Positions 13,006 through 23,589 of a DNA stretch of 64,000 nucleotides are shown one piece after another. Each line of letters opens with the position of its first letter. Position 1 is the first letter of the stretch. The stretch is from Hydrolagus colliei (Eukaryota), in assembly GCA_035084275.1 (NCBI GenBank), contig CM068745.1:61256001-61320000 (forward strand), written 5' to 3'. Both the position numbers and the translations under genes were made by a program. The notes under the pieces were generated by a model. It did no database searches and was not told where the DNA came from. It saw nothing but the letters and a program-made list of their open reading frames with translations.

Positions 13006-14679
13006 CCACGTGCTTTACTCCACGTGCTCATTGGACCCCATCCCCACCCCCCTCCTCCGCACCCAGCTCCATTTGTTAGCCCCACTCATTTCTGACACCA
13101 TTAACCTTTCCCTCTCCTCAGGAACCGTCCCTACCTCCCTTAGAACAGCCACCATCACCCCTATCCTGAAGAAACCCTCCCTTGATGCATCGCAACCATC
13201 AAGTTATAGACCCATCTCCAACCTCCCGTTTCTATCCAAGGTCCTTGAAAGAGTGGTTGCCTCCCAGCTCCGCTCTTTCCTTTCAACTCATTCACTTTTT
13301 GAACCCCTCCAATCAGGTTTCCGCCCTATCCACAGCACAGAAACTGCCCTGGTCAAGGTCACAAATGACATCCTAACCGCCTGTGACCAGGGCTCCCTCT
13401 GCCTCCTCGTCCTCCTTGACCTGTCTGCTGCGTTCGACACAGTCGATCACACCATCCTCCTGCAACGTCTTTCCTCCCACCTCAACCTTCAAGGCACAGT
13501 CCTTGACTGGTTCCACTCTTATTTGACCCATCGTTTACATTTTGTTTCTTCCAATGGCTTTTCATCAAACCCCCGCACAGTTTCCCACGGCGTCCCTCAA
13601 GGCTCTGTCCTCGGTCCCCTTCTTTTCACCCTTTACACGCTCCCTCTGGGCGACGTCATCCGCAAACATGGGGTAAATTTCCACATGTATGCGGATGACA
13701 CCCAGTTGTAGCTTTCTGCCTCATCCCTCAACCCCCAGACGATCGATGTTCTGACAGCATGTCTGTCCGACATCGAATCGTGGACGAGGGACAACTTTTT
13801 GCAATTGAACGTGAGTAAGACCGAGGCCCTCCTGATTGGCTCAAGCCAGCGCCTCCGCACATCGGGCGCTGCCAGCCTCAACATCCAAGGCTGCACTCTC
13901 CACCTCACAAAGCCAGTCAGGAACCTCGGCATCATGTTCGATCAAAAACTTTCCTTCCTCCCCCACATCCGCGCCTTGACCGGCACCGCTTATTTCCATC
14001 TGCGCAACATTGCCAGGCTCCGCAATTATCTTACCCCCCGCGCTGCCGAAACACTCGTGCACGCGTACATCACCTCACGGCTGGACTACGGAAACTCTCT
14101 CCTCGTCGGCCTCCCCAGTTCCTCCATTCACAGGCTGCAGGCCATCCAAAACTCTGCAGCCCGTGTACTATCCCGCACCCGCCTCCGTGACCACATAACC
14201 CCCACCCTCGCCCGTCTCCACTGGCTCCCCATCCTCCAGAGGATCGAATTTAAGATCCTCGTCCTCACCTACAAGGCCTTACACGACCTTGCCCCATCCT
14301 ACCTAACCGATCTACTCTCCCCCTACACACCCACCCGGGCCCTCCGTTCAACAGGACTTGGCCTACTCCAAGCCCCCCGCCCGAGCCGCCCCACCATCGG
14401 AGGCCGGGCCTTCAGTTTCTCCGCTCCCACCTTATGGAATGCCATCCCTCAATCCCTCCGTTTCACCTCTTCCCTTTCCTCTTTCAAGGCCGATTTGAAG
14501 ACTTTCCTCTTCGATCGTGCCTTTTGTTCCACCCCGAACTCTTTTACCTCCCCTTCGTGTTTCACCCGTTCCCAAACACTCCCCTCCCAGCTCGGGTCAC
14601 ACGCCTCTTGTTTAGCGCCTTGGGACGTCCTCCCGACGTGAAAGGCGCTATATAAATGTAAATTGTTGTTGTTGTTGTT
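13006..14679 (+). mobile_element. young 5'-truncated L2 LINE (RT domain, one in-frame stop), inserted in a SINE
   Basis: ORFs 13010-13711 and 13799-14641 are in the same frame, separated by a single TAG after YADDTQL; motifs [26 protein letters not shown]; (GTT)n tail; the SINE resumes after it. Confidence 0.95.
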
Positions 14680-15394
14680 CCTCTTTTTACCTAACAGTTG
14701 TTAGCCAATTGGTGGATCACTTTTCTTGGCATAACAGTCCCTTCATTGTTTTTTAATTTGGTCATTCAAACCACAACTGTTTGTTGGATGTTGCTGTGTG
14801 CATATCGGCTGCCACGTTTCCCCCAATAAAATTATAGAATCAACACTTTACAGTATATTCTAAGAAGCGCTTGGGGATATCTCGAAGATGTCATGAGGCA
14901 CTATATCAAATGCAAGGATTATTATTATTATTATATATGGAGAAATACTTACTGACCTCCATTGTAACCATCAGAGTTTTCATTTCAAGGCTCTCCCTTG
15001 CAAAGTGATGGGAAATATGATTCATTGATAGATTCACTGAATTGACAAATACTGTAGTTGTAAATAGCGACACCTACTTGTAGCTTAAAGAACATCAGTT
15101 TAAATCTTATCATGCACCGTTCCCAGTTTGGGTGTAATGAACTTTTAGTTATACACAGGAGTTAGACTGTTTCACCATTATCAAATAATTAAACCTATTT
15201 ATTATTCTCTACAAGGTAAAAACCCATTTGCATATGCATAATCATCACTTCAGTGAGATAGCAAAGTTACACAAGTGTATAAACACATCCAAAATTGAAA
15301 CGAGAGGGGATAAATATAGCTAGCAAAAGATGCACAACAATTCCTTCCAATAATTGTTAGAAAATCTATTACCTCACCAAGATGTGTAATAAAC

Positions 15395-16555
15395 AGATCA
15401 GTTCTTCCTGTATATGCTCCACCTTTGCTGATATCATCCGCAGACATGGAGTCAACTTCCACATGTATGCAAATAACCCCCAACTCTATCTCTCTGCCTC
15501 CACCCTCAATTTCTGGACCACTGATGCCCTGTCAGGCATCAAGTCCTGGATGAGAGCCAACTTTCTTCAGTTGAATATCAGCAAGACCAAGGCTCTCCTG
15601 ATTGGTTCACACCAGAGCCTCTGCACCTCAAACACCAACAGCATCAGTATCTACGGATGCACACCTCACCAAGTCAGTCAGGAACTTAGGCATCTTGTTT
15701 GACCCTCAACTGTCCTTTCTCCCCCACATTTGTGCCCACTCTGACCCACTTTCTCTTCCTCCAACTCTGCAACTATGACCAACTGCCTCAACAGTCAGGC
15801 TGCTGAAATCCTCATCATTGCCTTTTTTTTACATCAAGGCTAGTCAGCTTTCCCAACTCTTCCCTCCACAAGCACAGATTATCTAGAACATTGAAACCCA
15901 TGTCCTCTCCCACACCAGGCTCTGTGACCCCAGCAAACCCACACTCCACTGGGTCCACTGGCTCCCCATCCCTCAATCAATCAATCAATCAATCAACCAA
16001 CCAACCAACCAACCAATCAATCAATCAAAACGTACATTTATATAGCGCCTTTCACGTCAAGAAGACCTCCCAAGTTAGGTAGAGACAAGAGCAGTGGGGG
16101 AGGGGTCGGGGCAGGATGAAGAAGAGTAGGAAAATTGGAGGATTGAGTTAAAAATCCTTATCCTCAGCTTCAAAGCCTTTGATGGCCTTGCCCCCTTCCT
16201 ACCTCTGCGACCTGCTAACTTATTAACCTATCCACTCCTTCCGCTCAGCAGGCTCCAGCCTGCTCCATGTCCCCTGCCCAGCCTGCCCCAAAAAGGTGTT
16301 TGGGCTTTCAGGCTCTCTGTCCCCTCTGGAACTCCATCCCACATTCCCTTCACCTTGCTTCCTTCAAGGCCTTCCTCTTCAACCGTGACTTCAGCCACCA
16401 TTCTACCCTCCCTCTCCTCCACCCTCCCTAATGCCAATCTGCTACCCTCTCCCACCCCGCTCAGATCCTAATCCCCAATCCCTGGCTGTTCAGCGCCTTG
16501 AGACATCCTCCTAAAGTGGGAGGTACTTTACAAATGTAATTTTGTATTGTTTTGA
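15395..16555 (+). mobile_element. degraded L2 LINE with nested tail fragment
   Basis: ORF 15382-15702 reads [34 protein letters not shown]; decayed L2 3' end to about 16550. Confidence 0.75.
15973..16027. repeat. (ATCA)n/(ACCA)n microsatellite
   Basis: Directly visible tetranucleotide run. Confidence 0.9.
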
Positions 16556-16652
16556 AATACTGGATTCAAAGCCACATCATCACTACAGATGTAATCATCT
16601 CACAGTGATTGTGCTGCAGACATTGATTTGTTTCTCACTCTATATCTTTCAG

Positions 16653-16846
16653 ATGGTCAAGATAAATCCACAAACATGTACATAGAAGTCAAAGATCCAA
16701 ATGATTCAAATGACTGCAAGAATAACCAGTGCTACAGAAATCTGATTTTAGTCAAAGATATTGAAGAAACCAAAAGAGATGAAGATGATTTGGGGATTTT
16801 CAGCTGCTTGTGGCACTGTATGAGACATGCAGGTCGATTTAAGTAG
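16653..16846 (+). CDS. second coding exon of the CARD protein
   Basis: Acceptor TATATCTTTCAG at 16641-16652; phase 1 matches the CARD exon (G+AT=Asp) giving DGQDKSTNMYIEV...DLGIFSCLWHCMRHAGRFK*; non-repetitive sequence; AATAAA near 17234. A weak donor after 16831 could lead to another terminal exon instead. Confidence 0.65.
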
Positions 16847-18057
16847 GCCCCAGGAATTTTAATGAAGTACTGTTTCACGGGACACTAGTTGCATATTCCA
16901 GATCATCTGGAAAATAAATGTGCAAACTAATGAAATAGTGAAAATATTTTATCATTCCCATTTAAGGAAACAGCTAATGTAAGATGGAAAGAAGGAGGGG
17001 CCAAATAAGGTCATCACTGCCATGAACATCAGTTGGCTGTTTGAGCATTGGCAAAGAGTTACAATTCCCATTCACAACAGATTCAAGAATTCTAATTATT
17101 GCTAATTGTAATTTTTTTTCTTATCTGTACGGTTGTGTAAGGGTTGAGTCATAACACGTTGCTTCATTGGGTTGAAAAATGATATGGGTTACACAACTCA
17201 ATAATAATTCAATGTCCAGATAATGCAATGTAAATAAATGCTGATCTCTAATATTAGACACAAATAGCTGAAAAGTCTTGGCTTACACATGTGAATGTTA
17301 CAGATAAAGGAAATGGTTGGTTTGATTATAAGGTAGGCAAAGGTTATTGAGAAATTTTATTCAACAGTTAACATGATTCCCATCTGGACAGCAATCCTAT
17401 GCAAACTTAGATTTAGGTCAGGAATAGCTTCAGATGAAGCCATAAAGATTTTTATGAGAAATTGCTCTTGGAGTAAAAGAGTTTAGGGGAGATGTTGTTG
17501 ATTAAATTATGGCTTTCCTCAATATTGAAGCAATGCATTGTGCAGTTATTAATTTCTGCTCACTGGATTCAGTCGGTAAACTTCCCATGCCCTTCTCTAT
17601 CCATACCTCCCTATCTGTCCCTCCATCCACCTTCTCCCCACAAGGAAATAATTAAGAAATACCTCATTCCTTCCCCCATTAAACCATTTTTAGAGAATAT
17701 GAACTTTTTTAGCCCCCAAACTCTGGAATGCTCACCCTCAGGCCTTCAGCCTCGTTGACTCTCTCCCCCTTTTCAAGTCCTGCCTGAAAATGTACCTCTT
17801 TATCTGTGCTTATGGCCACCTCCCCCAACTCCCCTCTCTACCACCCCAACTCCCCTCTCTACCACCGTTAAGCACTCTGTGAAATGCTACCAAGCGTGGA
17901 AGGTGCTATATGAATGCACATTGAGAGTAATTGGGTTCAGAACATTTTGTGGCAATATGTATTTTAGGCCAGTTCAATTTAGTTGTATAAAGCTGCTTTT
18001 CATAAGGTAATGTTGAATCCTGTTAAGATGTTGTCTTGCAGTATTGTTTGACTTTGT

Positions 18058-18790
18058 GTGGAGTTCTGTAGCTTAGTGGTTAAACCATTCACCTCACAAT
18101 AGCAGCAACAACAAAATTGCATTTGTGTAGCTCTTTTTACATCAGTAGGACGTCCCAAGATGCTAGACCAGTGGTTCCCAACCGTTTTTTGCTGCAAATC
18201 TTAATTAGCCACAACAGGTCCTCTGATCCCTAGACTGTTCGACTGAAGCGAAGCTCAGCTAAAACGATATCTCCTTCTCTTTTGTGGCCTCAATACAACT
18301 CGCTGGTACGGTCTTTCATACAAATTGGTCAGTGGTGTCATGGGCACTTTTCAGCATTAAAAAATAACAAATAAATAATTTCTGATGACCCTTCACGACC
18401 CTACTGAGGACCCTGATTTGGGTTGGGAACCACTGCGCGAGACAGTCAGTGTTTCACAATCAGTACACCTAGGTTTGAATCCTGGCAGGGCAAAACATTG
18501 GGCATGTTTCTTTACTCCACACATTTCTGTTAACTTCGCAGTAAGTAGGAACCTGGTTGTTTGTCAATTGGCAGGTCGCTTTTCGTGGGGGGAATAATCC
18601 ATTCAAAAAAAAATTGGTCACCAATCCACGACTGTTTGTGGGACACTAGTGTGCACAACTGGCTGTCGTGTTTCGCCCACAAAATATATAGTCAATTCAC
18701 TTTACAGTATATTCTGTGAAGTGCTTTGAGACGTAGAAAAGACATGATAAGGTGCTACATCAAATGCATGGATTATTATTATTATTATTA
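18058..18790 (+). mobile_element. Deu-domain-like SINE interrupted by an L2 tail and a MITE
   Basis: Head at 18058-18100 resumes at about 18455; TCACAAT is duplicated at both flanks of the insert; core and (TAT)n tail at 18620-18790. Confidence 0.7.
18169..18435. mobile_element. hAT (Charlie-like) MITE, inverted copy of the 1644-1941 family
   Basis: Same TIR CAGTGGTTCCCAACC; degenerate TSD TGCTAGAC/CGCGAGAC (6/8). Confidence 0.85.
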
Positions 18791-19466
18791 TTATTATCAT
18801 TTAGTTTTGTTTGAATTTTAAAGTGTTCCATGAAATGTAATTTAAGATTTAGAATAGCTGCACTGTGGGTAAATCTAATCTTCTTACAGTCATAGTAGTG
18901 ACATTAATGTTTTTGGTGTGTGTTTCAATGGGCTGCCGTGTAAACCTAACATTACACAACTGGGAAATTGCAATATCTCACAATAATAAACTTTGCAACT
19001 TCAAAGCAAAGTATTGTTCAATTTTTAAGTTTGTAATAGCATTCTGTTTGCCATATAAGGGGTTAATGTAATAAAACTAAAACTTATATTCTCCTGTAGA
19101 TCACTTTTCAGGTTCGGAGATCACCAGGAACTGAGAAACCATGATGTCTCTAAAGCTATTGACTAGGAACACATGTAGATATTAGGGAACGGCGATATGG
19201 GATTTTTCCGGATATGGTTATATCGGTTGGCTCATACCTGCTTAAACCGATCTATCGAGTTTTTATACTGCGCATGCGCGTGCATTCGAAGTGCGCGTGC
19301 ATTGATGGCGCGCGCGCTCAGTCGCGGTGCGTGCGCATTGACGGTGCGTGCGCACTGACGATGCGCGCGCAGTCGCGGTGCACGCACATTTCGAAATGCG
19401 TGCTCTAGGTCCAGAAAGTTTGTAATGTTGGTGTCAAGGTCTGTTGAATTATACGATGTTGTTTGC

Positions 19467-20029
19467 TCCCTACCTCCCCCTCTCCTTCTCTCCTCTCTCC
19501 TTCTCTCCCTCCTTTCCCCTCTCCTTCTCTCCCTCCCCCTCCACTCTCCCCCCCTCCCACCCTCCCCCCCTCCCACCCTCCCCTCTCTTCTTCCCCTCTC
19601 TCCTTCTCTCCCTCCCTCTCTCCCTTCTCTCCCTCCTTTCCCCTCTCCTTCTCTCCCTCCCCCTCCACTCTCCCTGTCTTCTCTCCCTCCTTTCCCCCTC
19701 TCCTTCTCTCCTTCTCTCCCTCCCTCTCCTCTCTTCCTCTCTCCTTCTCTCCCAACTTTCCCCCTCTCCCTCCCTCCCCTCTCTCCTTCTCTCCCTCCTT
19801 TCCCCTCGCTCCTTCTCTCCCTCCTTTCACCCTCTCATTCTCTCCCTCCTTCTTCTCTCTTCCTCTCTCCTCTCCCAACTTTCCCCCTCTCCTTCTCTCC
19901 CTCCCCTCTCTCCCTCCCTCCCTCCTTTCCCCTCGCTCCTTCTCTCCCTCCTTTCCCCCTCTCATTCTCTCCCTCCCTCTCCTCTCTTCCTTTCTCCTTC
20001 TCTCCCAACTTTCCCCCTCTCCTTCTCTC
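19467..20029. repeat. CT-rich low-complexity tandem array inside the hAT element
   Basis: About 560 bp almost purely pyrimidine on the + strand with recurring units such as CTCTCCTTCTCTCCCTCCTTTCCCC. Confidence 0.95.
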
Positions 20030-20329
20030 AAAATAGAACACACACACACCAAAAACAAAATCTAGAGATTTATTCTCCTCCATTTCTTGCTTGAAAGTAG
20101 CATGTAATGTCCACGTGTAAATGAGATCTATTACAATAGAAAAGAGAGAGACAGACAGTCTGACTGTCAGAGTTAGAAGCCAGATTATCACTGCTGTGTG
20201 TGTCTGACTAGACACACACATAGAGGCAGTGATAATCTGGCTTCTAACTCTCTCACACACAAAAATAACACTTACAGCCACAAAATGCCACTTATTTTTA
20301 TGTAGTCTGAAGTCTGAATCAATGTCCTT

Positions 20330-20692
20330 CGCCATTGGCAAGCTCTCCTTTGCTATGCAAAAAGTGACAGCGTTCGTGATACTTTGCCACTTTTTGTCCC
20401 CTCTCTGGTACAATGTTCTCCTCTTAAATAAAGCAGGAATTGTTTGAGCTGCACTGGCCCCACTACCTGTCGCTTTCTCCGAAGCGCTGGTTCGACTTCC
20501 TGCTGTTGTCGACAATGATTTCGCTCTGAGGGCAGCGTGCTGGGCGGGGTGGTGCTGCTTAATGTGATGTCGCAGGTTGCTCGTGCTCGAATCAGATGTC
20601 TTAACCAAGACCTTGCAAACTGTACATCTATACACACCATTACTGACTGCATTGTTTTCAAAGTAGTCCCATACGGGGCTTCTTTTCCCCAT
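20330..20692 (-). pseudogene. truncated hAT transposase: BED zinc finger N-terminus
   Basis: MGKRSPVWDYF...CTVC...SSTSNLRHHIKQHH (BED W-C2-H2 pattern) then ITNAVTFCIAKESLPM; homology stops about 120 aa in, with no DDE domain. Confidence 0.85.
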
Positions 20693-21119
20693 GATGAGAA
20701 AGGTAAATTTTCAAACTGCAATTTTCAGCGATGCGACTTTGTTAAGACGCCACGACTCACGTCGAGTATACACAGTAAAGTGTGCGCGCGCATCGGATGT
20801 ACGCGCATTCCATGCTCTAGATCTAGGAGGTTGCAATGCCGGCGACAAGGTAAGCTGGAAAAGATCGCATTACACTGATAATACCAACAATATTGATATA
20901 TTGCCAGGAACGATATTAAAAATATATCGATGTATATTTTTAAAATCGAATCCCTCGATATAACAGGTTTTTTAGAATTACCATATCGGCATACCGATGT
21001 GAAAATCACATCGGGTTTAATCGAAAAACCGATTAATCGCCGTTCCCTAGTAGATATATGTTAATGTGCTGATTTATTCTTTATTTATCCTGCTGCATGT
21101 GGAGCGCTCCTTCTCAATA

Positions 21120-21953
21120 CAGGTAGGCCCCGCTTAACAAATGCCTGGTTAACAAAAGTTCACTATAACGAGGGTTTCTATTTGTACCACTTATCCGCTT
21201 ATGAAAGGCTGCATTCACTATAACAAATATTTACACACTATTTAAATCTTGTGGGCTTCTCGTGCGCAGCTTCTCATGGGTAGCGTCTCTCCCGGTTGCC
21301 CCAGCAACACACGCTCAGTCTTTAGCATGCCCCAGTTAAGCATTGCAGTGCAGCCCATCCCATATGGGAGGAGCTTAAGCGGCAGGATGCTTCGTGGCTT
21401 CAATAATAGTAAGTCGAGGACTCTCTGTATTTTATTGTTTATTGTTGTATTTACTAACATTTTAATATTTTATTGTTGTATTTAAAGTTGTGTAGCCTTC
21501 AATAGCAGTTATATCTACCTTAGGCATTCGCTAGTATAAGTTGAGCGTCCTGAATTCGGGCCGTAGCCGAGCCCAGGTTCGGATATTTCCGGACTTCGGA
21601 ACGCCAGAAGCGTGTCATGTGTCCAGAAATGCCTGTGCCCAGGTTGCGATGTTTCAGTGCGGTGACTGTGAAGACCTGGCCTGGAGCAAGTAGGATTGGT
21701 GTTTTTATTCTTGCAATTTTTGTCACATTCCGGAATCCAGAACTCCGGATTTTGGCCGCTCAACCTGTACACCGAAAATGTTAGCATTGGGAACTGCTAG
21801 GAACTAAACTGATTTTAGCAGGGAGGCTCGAGTTGGGGCAGAGTTTTGGTTGCAGCAAAATACAGTAATACAGTTAAACTGTCGCTTTATGACATTTTCG
21901 CTTAACGAAGGGTTTTAAAGTCCCTAACCTCTTTGTTAAGTGGGGGATACCTG
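21120..21953. mobile_element. Tigger/pogo-type non-autonomous element
   Basis: TA|CAGGTAGGCCCCGCTTAAC ... GTTAAGTGGGGGATACCTG|TA: imperfect TIRs with TA TSD. Confidence 0.8.
21537..21767. mobile_element. TcMar MITE (CAGGTTGAG TIR) nested in the Tigger-type element
   Basis: TA|TAAGTTGAGCG ... CGCTCAACCTG|TA; same family as 39106-39435. Confidence 0.75.
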
Positions 21954-22069
21954 TACTTCAAAACAGGATCACTGTGTCCTTTCAGCTGTTACACAAAACT
22001 GTACTTGTGCAACACTATACAAATTATTCACATTTATGCCATATGCCTTCATCAAAGTCCCACTCTTAG

Positions 22070-22556
22070 ATTTCTATTGAGAGCAATTATTACCCAGATA
22101 GAACAAATTAATAGCAGAATCTAATTTTAACTTGGGGAAGCAGCTCAGAAGCACATTTGATGATCCTGAGAGAATAAACTGGATATGATAGATCCTATAA
22201 ATAAGATCCTGCAAAAGTCTATTTTTTCTTATCCAAAGATATTTTGATATTTTGTGTCTCCCCGACGTGAAAGGCACTCTATAAATGTAATTTGTTGTTG
22301 ATATGAACAGAATCCAATTGTTATGAGAAATCTAAATTAAGATATTTATACAAGTAATATATTTGCAACCTGCAATACTGCTGTTCTTTTCCAGGAGACT
22401 TATTCATTGGATAATTACGTGAAACATATTCAAGAGATATTGGATATATTACTCAAAGGGGTAAAAGATTGAACGAAAATTGCCCCCAAGGCTTTCCCAA
22501 TTTAAGGTGTGGAAGAGCAACTTATCTTCCACTTGTTCTCTAATCTCCCAGGGCAG
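22070..22556 (+). pseudogene. decayed paralogous CARD exon
   Basis: Manual self-alignment to 8694-8997: AQKHI..(R)ENKLDMI vs AQREIKSKKCELI; DPINKILQK vs DPDYILQK; NYVKHIQEILDILLKGVKD* vs NPIKRITDMLDMILGKGEKKC; ATYLPL vs DTYPQL; stops, frameshifts and an L2-tail insert at about 22250-22300. Confidence 0.55.
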
Positions 22557-23589
22557 GTTTCCAATTGACGTAACAAGGTTCCCTGACAAAACATTTGATA
22601 TCAAGAATTCACATTGTACAGGTACAGGTTTGATAGACATAAGCCCCTGTGATACCAATGCATGGCAGGCAATTTTAGTATGTAAAGGGGGTACAAGTGA
22701 GTAGACTAGAGAAAGGAAGAAGTGTCAGTTTCACAGATGGCAATTCCAGGCACTCATAGCACTTGACCAACTCACCCACAAGATGACACGAACATAACAC
22801 TGTCTTGTGGCATAAAATTCCTTCTTCCCGAATTTTCCTCATGCACATATTCAAACACACTAATGCAATCTAAACATGCTTAAGACATTTTTAAGCAAAT
22901 ACTTTCAGAACATCACCCTGATGAAGATCCAAGTGGGTGGTTTTCATACAGCATGTGTTTCTCAGTGTCTCTCTCTTAAACTCACATTTGACCAATCAAA
23001 TGAATTTGATTGATTTTCTCAGCAGATATGAGTGTCCAGCACAGAGCTATTTCAGAGTGAAATTGACTCTGGAAAACTTGAAATCCAGTTCAGAAAACCA
23101 GCAGTCCTCAACTGAACACAATAATGCCTTTGATAACATCCCCAAATGCCACTGGCAACAAAATATCTACAATAAAATGTCACAAAACCATTTCAATTGA
23201 TGACGCATTCTTTTAATATTAATATCTTCATATTAGAAGTAGAATTTTCCATGTATTCTATTTATCCTTGTTTTGTTCCATGGAATTAAAAAATATATTT
23301 ACCCTGTGAAATTTATAAAACATTACAAATCAGTTAGTTGGTTAGATTACAGCATTTACAATAGAAACACTGCATCCATTCAGACTGGTGTTAGAGTCCT
23401 CTTGTGGCCATAAATAGATTACAATTCAGTCAGGCTGAAGAGGGGAAAGGCTGATTGGGCCATACCTTTTGTAATCTGGATGACTATTGTGCATGCTCCA
23501 GAGCAAACTTGCTTCTCTTTTCAAATAGCATCATGAAATCTTTAGCAATAATAATACCTTCAATTATAATAATAAATTAGTTACTTCAA

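Larger units (their letters stand above)
19183..21049 (-). mobile_element. internally deleted hAT (Ac/ZBED1-like) DNA transposon
   Basis: 14-bp TIR TAGGGAACGGCGAT, perfect 8-bp TSD GTAGATAT (19175-19182, 21050-21057), many ATATCG subterminal motifs, transposase N-terminus inside. Confidence 0.95.

Noticed and set aside
19100-19134. Possible third CARD exon (DHFSGSEITRN*); alternative acceptors also at 22395 and about 23025
   Set aside because: These depend on a weak donor after 16831, and several acceptors are equally plausible; they cannot be chosen without transcripts.
19405-20094. Four overlapping 200+ aa ORFs (Pro/Ser/Leu- or Glu/Arg/Gly-rich)
   Set aside because: Artefacts of the stop-free CT-rich array inside the hAT element.
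22675-22860. Minus-strand Cys-rich ORF containing KCYECLE (Ly6/uPAR-like start)
   Set aside because: No signal exon, splice sites or remaining Ly6 cysteine spacing.
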